A stretch of 64,000 bases of DNA from Escherichia coli (GTDB taxonomy: Bacteria; Pseudomonadota; Gammaproteobacteria; Enterobacterales; Enterobacteriaceae). Location: assembly GCF_003334305.1 (NCBI RefSeq), contig NZ_QOWS01000011.1. One strand, written 5' to 3'. A program made the translations under genes and the position numbers. Below, piece by piece: positions 51,521-62,536 of the stretch (position 1 is its first letter; each line of letters starts with the position of its first letter). The notes beneath the pieces were generated by a model. It made no database searches and had not been told where the DNA came from. It saw nothing but the letters and a program-made list of their open reading frames with translations.

Positions 51521-54500
51521 CTATATCCGCCGCTGACGACGGCGAACAGGGCGAGGTCGTTTTGTTTTCTCCACCGTGGCGACGCCGGCCAGATAATCGG
51601 CCAGGGCAGCAGGAGAAGGGTGGGTGAAGAGGTCAAGCAACGTCAGGGTGGAAAATTCGTGACGTTGTAACAAAACGTGCAGTTGCACCAGATTCAGCGA
51701 CGTTGCGCCCGCCTCAAAGAAGTTTTCTGCGGGCGTGACAGACTCGCCAACCACCTCGCGGAAGGCGTCGCAAATCAGGCTGACGGTGCTCTCGTCCGCC
51801 GCAATGTGTGGCTGAGAGTGCTCAGGGCATACGCGCGGTGAGCGCTCTGCGCATTGCCCTGCGTGTTTAACGGGAGGCACCAGCGCGGCGAGCGGCAGTT
51901 GCCAGCCGCTTTCATCCTCGGCCATTCGGTTTAGCAATGCGCAATACTGTTCAAACTGGCGCTCCACCTGCCCGGCAGGAAACAGCGCGGCGACAAAATC
52001 CCAGTTAAAGCGCAGTTCGCCTTCGGATTCATAAATCTGGTGATCGAGCCAGACCTGCGGCGTCTGGGAGATGCCCCAGACCGGTTTGAGCAGATTACGC
52101 CGGGCGAGGAAGTTATCCTGCTCAAAGCCCAGTGCGCTGGTAAAGACGACGGGCATCGGAACGGCAGGCACGTTTTGCCGTTGCGCCAGTTGACGCATCA
52201 CGCGGATGGCTGACACATCGCGGTGGTTGAGGTTCTGGCTCAGCCGCTGCTGTAGTGACTGCGCGCTGTGCAGCCAGCTTTCGCCGGGATGCCAGCTCAG
52301 CAGCATCAGCGAGGTGAAATCGCCCAGAATCTGGTTGATTTGCGGGTGCAGCGGTCGCCTGTCGAAAAGCGTAAGGTTAAGCGTGAACTCAGGCTGTGCA
52401 CTCCATGCAGAGAGAACCGTTGACCACACCGACAACAGTACGGCCGACGGGGTGAGATGGGCGTCAGCCGCCCGTTTTTTCAGCCGATGCCAGCGCGTGC
52501 TGTCCAGTGCGCCGTTCAGGCGGGCGAAGCGCGGTGTTTCAACCTCCTGAGGCAAGCAGCGCAGCGGCAACGCAGGCGCCGGAGGAATATCATCAAGCTG
52601 CGCCTGCCACCATGCCAGAGAATCTGGATTGGGCGACTGTAGCGAGGGTTGTTGCAGATAATCCCTGAAGGTGACGGGCAGCGGCGGAAGCAGCTGTTGC
52701 GGGTAGCGGTAGCCGTGCTCCAGCTCCGCCAGCAGGATCTGCATGCTCAGACCGTCAAGCAACAGGTTATCCAGACACAGCCACAGGCGGGCAGGCATCC
52801 CGTCCACGTATCCGACCTGGAGATCGAATACCGGCCACACTTCGGGGTTGAGTACCTGATGCGCCAGTTTTTCGCGCACCCGCAACGCCTCTTCAGGCGT
52901 ATGGAGGGTGTGTGCGGGTATCACCCAAGGGGGCGTCTGTTCGAGCACCTGTTGCTGTCCATCACGCACGATGGCGCGCAGCATATCGTGGCGGGCGATT
53001 AATCGGTTCCAGACCGTCTCCAGCCGGGTGAGGTCCAGATCGGCAATTTCAAATTCAACAAAGAAATGTGAGCCGACGCCGCCCAGGGCAAAGCCCGGCT
53101 GACGCCCCACCAGGTAAGCCTGCTGCACGTCGGTAAGCGCAAAGGGCTGGTAGCGATCTTCAGGGGAGTGGACGAATGGTTGTTCGACCGGGACGTCGGT
53201 TTTCCGCAGCGTGGCGGCAAAATCCGCCAGCCGGGGATGATTAAACAGGTCGCTTAATTGCGCTTCATAACCTGCCTGATGAAGTTGCCCGGTCAGACGG
53301 GTCGCCAGCAGGCTATCGCCGCCTTGCTGGAAGAAGTCGGTTTCTCTGGTGACATTGCCAGTTGATAAGAGTTGCTGCCAGAGGGCGGCAACCTGTTTTT
53401 CAATGTCGCCCTGGGGTAAATCCGCTTCGGCCGGGTTTTCCGCTTCAGGGGTATGACGACGCTTCAGCGCCTGGTAGTCAATTTTCCCGTTAGCCGTCAG
53501 CGGTAAGGCGTCGAGGAATACGATCCGTTGCGGCACCATCCACCCCGGCAGACGCCCGGCGAGGGCGGCCTGAAGTTGACGGGGATCGCGGCGCACCTGC
53601 CTGTCAGGACATTGTACGAGGAAGCGTTGTAACCCCGCGACCTCATCGCCATGCTGACAGTTGAAGCCGGCCGCGCTAAATAATGCCGCCCAGTCGGCGC
53701 TGTTATGCAGCAAGGCCTCCGGCTGCCCATTGGTTAACAGGAGCGTGCTGAGTAGGGCGGACGGCGTTAACTGGCGAAACTCCATCACGTAGAGCAGCGC
53801 GCCGGGAACGGCAAGCTGTTGTAATGTCGCAAGGAGCCCGGGATCTTCCGGCAGCAGACGATGCAGGGCGTTATTAAGCCAGATAATGTCCGCCGAGTGA
53901 GCGTGCGTCGCCAGCGTGTCTGCATTCCAGAGGGACAGACGGGCGCCAGGCCAGGGGGCGAGCCTCTGCCGGGCGCTCAGCAGCATCTCCTGGCTCTGCT
54001 CAAGCCCGACATACTCAATCTGTCCGGCGTTGAGCTGTGCTAACAGCGATTCTGCGGCGCGGCCAGTGCGGGTTCCCACCTCAAGCAGGCGTACCGGGCG
54101 CTGTAAGCGCTGTGCAAGCTGTTGGCAAATTGTCGCCAGTTCCTGAATATACGGGGCGCTGGCCGGATGGTTAAAGGCCAGGCTTTCCGGCGACCACTGC
54201 GCGTCGTTCAGTAACGACAGTTCGTTACGGGCACCGCGAAGAATTTGCGATAACGTTAAATCATGTCCGCTGAAGTGCGGGTGCTCATCCTCGCGTTCTT
54301 CACCAGCGCAGACCTGATAACCTTCAGCAGCGGGCTTCAGTCGCCGTTGTGTCACCAGAAATGCTAACCAGCGTTCCACCACGGCCTGCCAGCGCGGCTG
54401 GATAGCGAGTGAGTTCATCAGGGGGAGAGGATCGGCGCCAGCGGTGTGACCCGGCTTCAGTTTTAGCAGGCGATGCTGAAGGAAATCGGCTACCTGTTCT

Positions 54501-57500
54501 GCGGAGATCTCTGGCGAGATGGCGCAACAGGGCAACGTTCCCGCAAGCGTGTGCCACGCCTGCGGCAGTGCCGGGTTCCGATGATCGGTAACGCAAAAAG
54601 CCTCGCCCTGAGGAACAACGTATGCCGCCAGCGTTTTTTCTTTTTCGCCGATCGCCAGAACGGTTGCTTGTTTCACCCCCGCCAGCTGGCTGAGCGCGCT
54701 TTCGATTTCGCCCAGCTCGATGCGATATCCTCCGACTTTGACCTGCTTGTCGCGACGACCGAGGAACTCGATTGTGCCATCTGGCCAGTAGCAGCCGAGA
54801 TCGCCGGTGCGATACCAGCGCTCGTCCGGGAGCGTCAAAAATTGCTGCTCGCTACGCAGGGGATCGTTGAAATAGCCTTCCGCGACCCCAATGCCGCCAA
54901 TCCATAATTCACCCGGCACCCAGTCAGGGCAGTCCCGGCCCTGTTCATCCACCACCCGGTAGCGTTGGTTGGTTAGCGGAAAACCGTAAGGGATGGAGCG
55001 CCAGTGGGCGGGGACGTCGTGAATTTCGCAGGCGTTAGACCAGATAGACGCCTCGGTGGCGCCGCCCATCGCGATAAATTGTCCTTGTGGCCGGAAGGCC
55101 CGATAACGGGCGGGGAGGTCAAGCCCGATCCAGTCGCCGGAAAGCATCACTGCGCGCAGGTTTTCCGGCGTGGCGTCGGCGAAACCTTCACACCAGGTCA
55201 GCAGCATATCGAACAGCGCCGGGACGCTGTTCCAGAGCGTGACCTGATGGCGCTGGATCAGCTCACACCATGCGTGAGGATCGCGCCGTTGATTTTCCAT
55301 CACCATCACCAGCGCGCCGCCCGCGCGCAGTACGCCAAAAATGTCGTAAACCGATAAATCAAAATGTAGGGCGGAGAGGGCCAGCACCCTGTCATGCGGG
55401 CCAACCTGATAGCGGGTATTGATATCGCAACAGGTGTTAAGCGCTCCCCGGTGAGAAATGACTACCCCTTTCGGCGTACCGGTAGAGCCGGAGGTGTAGA
55501 TAATGTAGGCCGGTTGCGTGGGGGCGCGTACTACCGGGTTGGCGATCGGCTCCGCCTCAATGGCCTGCTGCCAGGCAAGGACGGGAATATCGTCTGACCC
55601 GGCGCTGGCGTCGTGCTGACAAATGAGCACCAGCCGGACGCTGGCGTCAGCGTAGATTTTCTCGCGCCGTGCGGCAGGCTGATCCAGCGAAACCGGAACG
55701 TAAACCGCCCCGGCCAGCAGGACGGCCAGAACCGCAACAAGTTGTCCTGCGCCTTTCGACATCGTGATAGCCACATTATCGCCGGGCTGAACCCCGCACT
55801 CGATTAACCTGCCCGCGCAACGGCGGGCATAGTCTGTCAGCTCATGATAATTCCACTGATAACGCATGTCCGTTACCGCCAGCGCCTGCGGCTGTTGCAG
55901 AGCGATACGGAAAATGCCTTCATGCAGCAAGCCTTCGGGAATGGGGGCGCCGGTGGCGTTGACCCGTTCGCGTATCGCGCGCTGGCTGGCGGGCATCATA
56001 TCTGCGAACGGCTTTTGCCAGGCGCTTTCGTCATCGCAGAGTTGGTTAATCAACTGGCAGTAGGCGTCGAACAATGTTTCGACTAACGCCGGAGGGAACA
56101 GCGCGTCGTTGCTGTCCCATTGTAGCCAGACCTCGCCGTGATGCTCGAACGCCAGATGATCTATCCAGACCTGCGGCGTTTGCGAGATGCCCCATTCCGG
56201 CTCGCCCAACGGCGATTCTGCGCGGCTGCTGTAGAGGGAACGCCCCAGATTGCTGGTAAATACCACCGGGGCGCCGTGGGGGTAGCGCTGCTGGCGTTTG
56301 AGTTCACGGAGTAATTCGACGCCGGACCAGTGGCGATGCTCCCAGTCCTCCGTAAACGTGAGCTGGTTTTTACGCGCCAGGTTGCTGACGGTATCGCCAT
56401 CGCAGGCGGTATCCAGCAGAAGAATATTGGTGAAGTCGGCAAGCATCGCGCCAACCGCCGGGTGCAGCGGCTGGCGGTCGAATAAGGTGATGTTAAGCAG
56501 CAGACGCGTCAGGCCGCCCCAGCGAGCCAGCACGGCAGAAAAACAGGTCGCCAGTGCCATTGTCGGCGTCACGCCATACTCGCCGGCCCGGTTGCTAAAG
56601 GCGTGCCAGCGTGTTGCCGGGACAATCATGCGGCGTCGGGTATTACGGACTTCACGTAGCGTGGCGGGTTCGCAGGCCAGCGGCAAGACGGGCGCGGGGG
56701 GAAGCGTCGATGCTTTCGCCAGCCAGTAAGCGCGCGCGTCGTCTCTCAGTGGTTGATTGATCTTCTGCTGGTGCAGCAAATACGAGCGGAAATCATAGCG
56801 GGTGTCGATAGCCGGCAGCGATTCTCCGGCCAGCAGGGCGTTAAGCTCATCGAAGAAAAGCGTAAAGCTGGAGGCATCCATAATCAGCAGGTCAATATTG
56901 ACATGGAGGCGGTGGCGATTGTCCGGCAAGAGCGTCAGCTGAAAATCAAACGTTTCGCCGATTTCCACGCGTAAAAGACGGTGGCTCAGGCGCTGGCGCA
57001 GTGCGTCCAGATAGGCCTGGCGGCTTTCAGCGTCGTTATGGCGTAAATCATGAACGGTGACGCCGTTCCAGTAAGGTTGCGGTAGCCAGACCTGCTGCCC
57101 GTCGGGGCGAAAGGCGATATGCAGCATTGGGTGGCGTTGCAGCAAGGTCGTGATGGCCTGCTCCAGCTGCGACGCCGTCAGACAATGGCCTTCAAACTCC
57201 TGATACAGGTGGCAACCCACGCCGCCAAGCGTCTGCCCCGGCATGCGGCCCGTCAGGTAGGCGTGCTGTACTGGCGTCAATGGGAAGGGCGTACTTTCGG
57301 TCATGTTCGGCCAGGATGATTCGTCGGGCGGCGTTTCTTCTTCCGCGTTCTCCGGCGACCGGCTGAGCATTAACTGGTTCCATGCCGCCAGCGTGGGGGC
57401 GGCATACAGCTCGCGAAGGGTAAGGCGGTAGCCATTTTTACGAAACCAGTGTAACCATCTCATCAATCTTATGGAATCCAGGCCGGCCTGGATCAGGTTG

Positions 57501-57628
57501 CTCTCTTCATGTAACTGCTGCGGCGTTAAATTCAGTTCCTGTATGAGCCGCTCGCGTAATTGTTGGTAATCAGCCGCGTGGCGGTTGTCCGGTACCAGCG
57601 AATCCTGAGATGGTGCGCCAGAAATCAT
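51521..57628 (-). CDS. irp2: Irp2 / HMWP2, yersiniabactin NRPS
   Basis: 2035 aa from ATG 57628 ([24 protein letters not shown]); adenylation core [12 protein letters not shown], cyclisation-domain [11 protein letters not shown], carrier motif FFQQGGDSL. Confidence 0.95.
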   Translation of the reverse strand: MISGAPSQDSLVPDNRHAADYQQLRERLIQELNLTPQQLHEESNLIQAGLDSIRLMRWLHWFRKNGYRLTLRELYAAPTLAAWNQLMLSRSPENAEEETPPDESSWPNMTESTPFPLTPVQHAYLTGRMPGQTLGGVGCHLYQEFEGHCLTASQLEQAITTLLQRHPMLHIAFRPDGQQVWLPQPYWNGVTVHDLRHNDAESRQAYLDALRQRLSHRLLRVEIGETFDFQLTLLPDNRHRLHVNIDLLIMDASSFTLFFDELNALLAGESLPAIDTRYDFRSYLLHQQKINQPLRDDARAYWLAKASTLPPAPVLPLACEPATLREVRNTRRRMIVPATRWHAFSNRAGEYGVTPTMALATCFSAVLARWGGLTRLLLNITLFDRQPLHPAVGAMLADFTNILLLDTACDGDTVSNLARKNQLTFTEDWEHRHWSGVELLRELKRQQRYPHGAPVVFTSNLGRSLYSSRAESPLGEPEWGISQTPQVWIDHLAFEHHGEVWLQWDSNDALFPPALVETLFDAYCQLINQLCDDESAWQKPFADMMPASQRAIRERVNATGAPIPEGLLHEGIFRIALQQPQALAVTDMRYQWNYHELTDYARRCAGRLIECGVQPGDNVAITMSKGAGQLVAVLAVLLAGAVYVPVSLDQPAARREKIYADASVRLVLICQHDASAGSDDIPVLAWQQAIEAEPIANPVVRAPTQPAYIIYTSGSTGTPKGVVISHRGALNTCCDINTRYQVGPHDRVLALSALHFDLSVYDIFGVLRAGGALVMVMENQRRDPHAWCELIQRHQVTLWNSVPALFDMLLTWCEGFADATPENLRAVMLSGDWIGLDLPARYRAFRPQGQFIAMGGATEASIWSNACEIHDVPAHWRSIPYGFPLTNQRYRVVDEQGRDCPDWVPGELWIGGIGVAEGYFNDPLRSEQQFLTLPDERWYRTGDLGCYWPDGTIEFLGRRDKQVKVGGYRIELGEIESALSQLAGVKQATVLAIGEKEKTLAAYVVPQGEAFCVTDHRNPALPQAWHTLAGTLPCCAISPEISAEQVADFLQHRLLKLKPGHTAGADPLPLMNSLAIQPRWQAVVERWLAFLVTQRRLKPAAEGYQVCAGEEREDEHPHFSGHDLTLSQILRGARNELSLLNDAQWSPESLAFNHPASAPYIQELATICQQLAQRLQRPVRLLEVGTRTGRAAESLLAQLNAGQIEYVGLEQSQEMLLSARQRLAPWPGARLSLWNADTLATHAHSADIIWLNNALHRLLPEDPGLLATLQQLAVPGALLYVMEFRQLTPSALLSTLLLTNGQPEALLHNSADWAALFSAAGFNCQHGDEVAGLQRFLVQCPDRQVRRDPRQLQAALAGRLPGWMVPQRIVFLDALPLTANGKIDYQALKRRHTPEAENPAEADLPQGDIEKQVAALWQQLLSTGNVTRETDFFQQGGDSLLATRLTGQLHQAGYEAQLSDLFNHPRLADFAATLRKTDVPVEQPFVHSPEDRYQPFALTDVQQAYLVGRQPGFALGGVGSHFFVEFEIADLDLTRLETVWNRLIARHDMLRAIVRDGQQQVLEQTPPWVIPAHTLHTPEEALRVREKLAHQVLNPEVWPVFDLQVGYVDGMPARLWLCLDNLLLDGLSMQILLAELEHGYRYPQQLLPPLPVTFRDYLQQPSLQSPNPDSLAWWQAQLDDIPPAPALPLRCLPQEVETPRFARLNGALDSTRWHRLKKRAADAHLTPSAVLLSVWSTVLSAWSAQPEFTLNLTLFDRRPLHPQINQILGDFTSLMLLSWHPGESWLHSAQSLQQRLSQNLNHRDVSAIRVMRQLAQRQNVPAVPMPVVFTSALGFEQDNFLARRNLLKPVWGISQTPQVWLDHQIYESEGELRFNWDFVAALFPAGQVERQFEQYCALLNRMAEDESGWQLPLAALVPPVKHAGQCAERSPRVCPEHSQPHIAADESTVSLICDAFREVVGESVTPAENFFEAGATSLNLVQLHVLLQRHEFSTLTLLDLFTHPSPAALADYLAGVATVEKTKRPRPVRRRQRRI

Positions 57629-57667
57629 TCTTCCTCCTGATGGCACGTCTTACCGAAAAGCATTACT

Positions 57668-57739
57668 AATATGAGAATAATAATTATTAACAATTGAATG
57701 CTACCCGAAACGGGTTTATTTATGCCCGTTTCGGGTTGG
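57668..57739 (-). promoter_or_regulatory. irp2 promoter region: Fur-box-like site and YbtA-box palindrome
   Basis: aatatgagaataataattattaacaattg (57668-57696) and ctacccgaaacgggtttatttatgcccgtttcgggt (57701-57738), the same palindrome as at fyuA. Confidence 0.6.
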
Positions 57740-57755
57740 TAACAGGCGGAAAGAA

Positions 57756-57786
57756 CAGAGGCCCGGATGAGGTATCCGGGCCTCTG
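57756..57786 (-). terminator. hairpin terminator after ybtA
   Basis: cagaggcccggat gaggt atccgggcctctg, 33 bp 3' of the ybtA stop. Confidence 0.6.
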
Positions 57787-57818
57787 TCAGGGAGGAGTTT
57801 AGGGGGGCGCGACCCCGG

Positions 57819-58778
57819 TTACATCCCGCGTTTAAAGGTCGAAGGAGTTACGCCAAACTGTTTCTGGAAGGCGGCAGAGAAATGGCTGGCGTTGGCATAG
57901 CCCAGATCGGCCGCCACCGTCATGACGGAGGTATTGCCGTTGGCCAGGCGTCTTCTGGCTTCCTGCATTCGTTCAGCCTGAAACAGGCCATAGACGCTGT
58001 TGTTGAACAGAACGCGGAAGCCTCGCTTAATTTTGAGAACGCTCAGACCGGACTCTCTGGCCAGCTCCGCGACGCCCGGCGCTTGCGTCAGATCAGCCAG
58101 CAGCAGATCCTTCGCCCGCAGCAGTTTCTGGCGTTCCATCGGGTTGAAGTGGCAGGAGAGGCAACTGGCGTCTTCGCGATGTTCATCCAGCACCAGGCTG
58201 AGCATGACCAGACTTTGCCCCTGCAACCATAGCGTCGACGGCTTTTGTTCATGACTGAAGCCGCCGTGCATGCGCATCAGCGCGTGACGCAAGGCCTGAG
58301 CCGTTAAGTGGGTTTCAGCATTACAACGCTGCTGCTGGCAACAGCAGTGGGAGTCGATCTTATTCTTAATGACCGCGCTAATATCCGGCACCCACAGCGC
58401 GAGGGTTTCAGGGCTGAAGGAGAGGGTAATGCTCTCGAATCGGCCACAATAGGAGGCGCTGCCGCGACAGTCTGGCGTATGGGTAATGTAATGGCGATTG
58501 CGCGCAAGCTCCCAGTCGGTGTGGCGCCGGAGTCCCTGAATCGCAAAGCGCGATGTGCCTTCCAGGATGCACGAGAAGTTAATCCTGCCCAGATCGTCGT
58601 GTAGCTGCAACGTCTCTGGCCGCGCAAAATGGCCCCTCCAGAGCAAAATATCCATACCTTCCTGCAACGAACAGCGCAGCAGTTCACACTGAGCAGGAAT
58701 ATTGCCATCGTTTGCAGGTTTCCCGACCACCAACTGGTGAATAGAGATTTCAGATTGCGTTTGCGGTGACTCCGTCAT
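57819..58778 (-). CDS. ybtA: YbtA, AraC-family activator of the yersiniabactin regulon
   Basis: 319 aa; C-terminal AraC HTH (...GYANASHFSAAFQKQFGVTPSTFKRG). Confidence 0.9.
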   Translation of the reverse strand: MTESPQTQSEISIHQLVVGKPANDGNIPAQCELLRCSLQEGMDILLWRGHFARPETLQLHDDLGRINFSCILEGTSRFAIQGLRRHTDWELARNRHYITHTPDCRGSASYCGRFESITLSFSPETLALWVPDISAVIKNKIDSHCCCQQQRCNAETHLTAQALRHALMRMHGGFSHEQKPSTLWLQGQSLVMLSLVLDEHREDASCLSCHFNPMERQKLLRAKDLLLADLTQAPGVAELARESGLSVLKIKRGFRVLFNNSVYGLFQAERMQEARRRLANGNTSVMTVAADLGYANASHFSAAFQKQFGVTPSTFKRGM

Positions 58779-58848
58779 GACCTGGTTATCTCCCTGTGGC
58801 TTAGACCAATGCGGGTATAAATAGAACCGAATGGGGTAGATGAGTTAT

Positions 58849-58875
58849 TGATAATGGTTATTATTCACATTAATT
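58849..58875. promoter_or_regulatory. Fur-box-like site in divergent ybtA / ybtP intergenic region
   Basis: ttgataatggttattattcacattaat resembles the GATAATGATAATCATTATC Fur consensus. Confidence 0.5.
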
Positions 58876-58944
58876 CTCAGAACGCCACCCTGAATTGTCG
58901 TTTTTGGCGTCCGTAAAAATTCATCAGGAAATTCAGTTACTCCC

Positions 58945-60747
58945 ATGTCATCTCAATCATCCAATACTGAATCGCTGTCCCGATTTCCTCTCTGGCAGGT
59001 GATTACACCGGTTCGCAGGAAGGTTATTTTAGCTATGGCGCTGGCGGGGCTGGCGGCATTAACCAGCCTGGGGGCGCTCCTTTTTCTGGCGTGGAGCCTG
59101 CGTGACATTCGCGCGACGCCTGACGCTATTCCGGCCTGGCCGCTGGGCGGCGTGATCGGCTGCGTGGTCTTAACTTTTGTTCTGCGCTTACAGGCGTTCA
59201 ACACCTCTCATTACGCGGCTTTTCATCTGGAGAACATTCTGCGCAGCAGGTTAGCCCGTAAAGCATTGCAGCTTCCGCCTGGCGTGTTACAGCAAATGGG
59301 CAGCGGGTCAGTGGCGAAAGTGATGCTGGATGACGTGAAGTCGTTACATATTTTTGTGGCCGACAGCACGCCGCTCTATGCCCGCGCGATCATCATGCCG
59401 CTGGCGACAATCGTTATCTTGTTCTGGCTGGACTGGCGGCTGGCAATCGCGACGCTGGGGGTACTGGCGTTTGGATCGGTTGTTCTCGTGCTCGCCCGCC
59501 AGCGTTCGGAAAATATGGCTCAGCGTTATCATAAGGCGCGCGAGCAGGTTAGCGCGGCGGTTATTGAGTTCGTGCAGGCCATGCCCGTGGTGAGAACGTT
59601 TGATAGCGGCAGCACCAGTTTTTTGCGCTATCAACGCGCCCTTGAAGAGTGGGTCGATGTGCTCAAAACCTGGTATCGCAAAGCCGGTTTTTCAGCGCGT
59701 TTTTCCTTCTCGATTCTGAATCCTCTCCCGACCCTGTTTGTCCTGATCTGGTCGGGATACGGCCTGTTGCACTATGGCAGTTTCGATTTTATCGCGTGGG
59801 TGGCCGTTTTACTGCTGGGCAGCGGAATGGCCGAAGCCGTAATGCCAATGATGATGCTCAATAACCTGGTCGCGCAAACGCGTTTAAGCATTCAGCGTAT
59901 TTATCAGGTTCTCGCGATGCCGGAGTTATCGCTGCCGCAGTCTGACCAGCAGCCGCAAGAGGCGAGCATTACCTTTGAGCAGGTGAGCTTTCATTATCCG
60001 CAAGCGCGTACTGGCGCCGCGTTGCAGGAGGTGAGCTTTCATGTGCCTGCCGGGCAAATTGTGGCGCTGGTCGGGCCAAGCGGCGCCGGAAAAAGCACCG
60101 TGGCGCGCTTGCTGCTGCGTTACGCCGACCCGGACAAAGGCCATATCCGTATTGGCGGCGTGGATCTGCGTGATATGCAGACGGACACCCTGATGAAGCA
60201 ACTCTCGTTTGTGTTTCAGGACAACTTCCTTTTTGCCGACACGATAGCCAATAACATTCGTCTGGGCGCGCCGGATACGCCGCTGGAGGCGGTTATAGCG
60301 GCGGCCAGAGTGGCGCAGGCCCATGATTTTATTAGCGCTCTGCCAGAAGGTTACAACACTCGAGTCGGGGAACGTGGGGTATTTCTCTCCGGCGGCCAGC
60401 GGCAGCGCATTACTATCGCCCGGGCGCTTTTGCAGGATCGCCCCATCCTGGTGCTCGATGAGGCGACGGCGTTTGCTGACCCGGAAAACGAAGCGGCGCT
60501 TATCAAGGCGCTCGCGGCGGCCATGCGTGGCCGGACGGTCATCATGGTCGCGCATCGTCTCTCAATGGTGACTCAGGCCGATGTGATATTGCTGTTTTCC
60601 GACGGACAACTCAGGGAAATGGGGAACCATACGCAACTGTTGGCGCAGGGCGGCCTGTATCAACGGCTCTGGCAACACTATCAGCAGGCGCAGCATTGGG
60701 TGCCGGGTGGAACACAGGAAGAGGTGGTGGAAAATGAAAGACAATAA
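58945..60747 (+). CDS. ybtP: YbtP, ABC transporter (fused permease/ATPase) for ferric yersiniabactin
   Basis: 600 aa; Walker A GPSGAGKST, ABC signature LSGGQRQR. Confidence 0.9.
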   Translation: MSSQSSNTESLSRFPLWQVITPVRRKVILAMALAGLAALTSLGALLFLAWSLRDIRATPDAIPAWPLGGVIGCVVLTFVLRLQAFNTSHYAAFHLENILRSRLARKALQLPPGVLQQMGSGSVAKVMLDDVKSLHIFVADSTPLYARAIIMPLATIVILFWLDWRLAIATLGVLAFGSVVLVLARQRSENMAQRYHKAREQVSAAVIEFVQAMPVVRTFDSGSTSFLRYQRALEEWVDVLKTWYRKAGFSARFSFSILNPLPTLFVLIWSGYGLLHYGSFDFIAWVAVLLLGSGMAEAVMPMMMLNNLVAQTRLSIQRIYQVLAMPELSLPQSDQQPQEASITFEQVSFHYPQARTGAALQEVSFHVPAGQIVALVGPSGAGKSTVARLLLRYADPDKGHIRIGGVDLRDMQTDTLMKQLSFVFQDNFLFADTIANNIRLGAPDTPLEAVIAAARVAQAHDFISALPEGYNTRVGERGVFLSGGQRQRITIARALLQDRPILVLDEATAFADPENEAALIKALAAAMRGRTVIMVAHRLSMVTQADVILLFSDGQLREMGNHTQLLAQGGLYQRLWQHYQQAQHWVPGGTQEEVVENERQ

Positions 60748-62536
60748 TCCTGCGGATAACCTGGCCTGGCGCGTCATCTGGCGCCAGCTTATCTCCAGCG
60801 TTGGCAGTCAGGCCAGGATGCTGCGACGCAGTATGCTGGCGCTGTTGCTGGCGGCATTCATGCAGGGGATCGCCTTTGCCTGTCTTTATCCGATCATTGA
60901 TGCGCTGTTACGGGGAGACGCGCCGCAACTTCTTAACTGGGCTATGGCCTTCAGCGTCGCCGCAATTGTGACGCTGGTGCTACGCTGGTATGGCCTGGGC
61001 TTTGAATACCGTGGTCATCTGGCGCAGGCTACCCATGAGTTGCGCCTGCGACTTGGCGAGCAGTTACGCCGCGTGCCGCTGGAGAAGCTCCAGCGCGGCA
61101 GGGCGGGTGAAATGAACGCCTTGCTGCTGGGCAGCGTGGATGAAAACCTCAATTATGTTATTGCGATAGCCAATATTTTGCTGCTCACCATTGTCACGCC
61201 GCTGACGGCGTCGCTGGCGACATTGTGGATAGACTGGCGGCTGGGGCTGGTGATGTTGCTGATCTTCCCTCTGCTGGTGCCGTTTTATTACTGGCGCCGC
61301 CCGGCGATGCGGCGACAAATGCAGACGCTGGGGGAAGCGCACCAGCGTCTGAGCGGCGATATCGTTGAATTTGCTCAGGGGATGATGGTATTGCGCACCT
61401 GCGGCAGCGATGCCGATAAAAGCCGGGCGCTGCTGGCGCATTTCAATGCGCTGGAAAACTTACAGACCCGCACTCACCGTCAGGGCGCTGGCGCAACGAT
61501 GCTGATCGCCAGCGTCGTGGAGTTGGGCCTACAGGTGGTGGTGTTATCCGGGATCGTCTGGGTAGTGACGGGCACTCTGAACCTCGCCTTTTTGATTGCC
61601 GCCGTCGCGATGATTATGCGCTTCGCAGAACCGATGGCGATGTTTATCAGCTACACCTCGGTTGTGGAACTGATCGCCAGCGCCCTGCAACGGATTGAGC
61701 AGTTTATGGCGATAGCACCGCTTCCCGTCGCAGAGCAAAGCGAGATGCCGGAACGTTACGATATCCGCTTTGACAACGTCAGCTATCGCTACGAAGAAGG
61801 TGACGGCCACGCGCTTAATCATGTTTCTTTGACGTTCCCGGCAGCCAGTATGAGCGCGCTGGTGGGTGCCTCCGGCGCAGGCAAAACTACGGTCACCAAA
61901 CTGTTAATGCGCTATGCCGATCCGCAGCAAGGGCAGATTTCTATTGGCGGCGTCGATATTCGCCGCCTGACGCCGGAACAGCTCAATAGCCTGATTTCTG
62001 TTGTTTTCCAGGATGTCTGGCTGTTTGATGACACGCTGCTGGCGAATATCCGTATCGCGCGCCCACAGGCGACGCGGCAGGAGGTAGAAGAGGCCGCCCG
62101 CGCGGCGCAGTGCCTTGAGTTTATTTCCCGTCTTCCGCAAGGCTGGCTGACGCCAATGGGAGAGATGGGCGGCCAGCTATCGGGCGGCGAGCGCCAGCGG
62201 ATTTCCATTGCCAGAGCGTTATTGAAAAACGCGCCGGTCGTCATTCTCGATGAACCGACTGCCGCGCTGGATATTGAAAGCGAGCTGGCGGTGCAAAAAG
62301 CGATCGATAACCTGGTTCACAACCGGACGGTGATTATCATCGCTCACCGTTTATCCACCATCGCCGGGGCCGGAAACATTCTGGTGATGGAAGAGGGACA
62401 GGTGGTTGAGCAGGGTACTCATGCGCAATTGCTCTCACATCATGGACGTTATCAGGCGCTGTGGCAGGCGCAAATGGCCGCGCGCGTGTGGCGCGACGAC
62501 GGGGGTTCCGCGTCTGGAGAGTGGGTGCATGAGTGA
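60734..62536 (+). CDS. ybtQ: YbtQ, ABC transporter (fused permease/ATPase)
   Basis: 600 aa from ATG 60734 (MKDNNPADNLAWR), overlapping ybtP by 14 nt; Walker A GASGAGKTT, signature LSGGERQR. Confidence 0.9.
   Translation: MKDNNPADNLAWRVIWRQLISSVGSQARMLRRSMLALLLAAFMQGIAFACLYPIIDALLRGDAPQLLNWAMAFSVAAIVTLVLRWYGLGFEYRGHLAQATHELRLRLGEQLRRVPLEKLQRGRAGEMNALLLGSVDENLNYVIAIANILLLTIVTPLTASLATLWIDWRLGLVMLLIFPLLVPFYYWRRPAMRRQMQTLGEAHQRLSGDIVEFAQGMMVLRTCGSDADKSRALLAHFNALENLQTRTHRQGAGATMLIASVVELGLQVVVLSGIVWVVTGTLNLAFLIAAVAMIMRFAEPMAMFISYTSVVELIASALQRIEQFMAIAPLPVAEQSEMPERYDIRFDNVSYRYEEGDGHALNHVSLTFPAASMSALVGASGAGKTTVTKLLMRYADPQQGQISIGGVDIRRLTPEQLNSLISVVFQDVWLFDDTLLANIRIARPQATRQEVEEAARAAQCLEFISRLPQGWLTPMGEMGGQLSGGERQRISIARALLKNAPVVILDEPTAALDIESELAVQKAIDNLVHNRTVIIIAHRLSTIAGAGNILVMEEGQVVEQGTHAQLLSHHGRYQALWQAQMAARVWRDDGGSASGEWVHE

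Noticed and set aside
62406-62528. 41-codon upstream extension of ybtX, with similar extensions on ybtQ, ybtU, irp2 and amn
   Set aside because: Extensions overlap the preceding gene; internal ATGs reproduce the known protein lengths and starts
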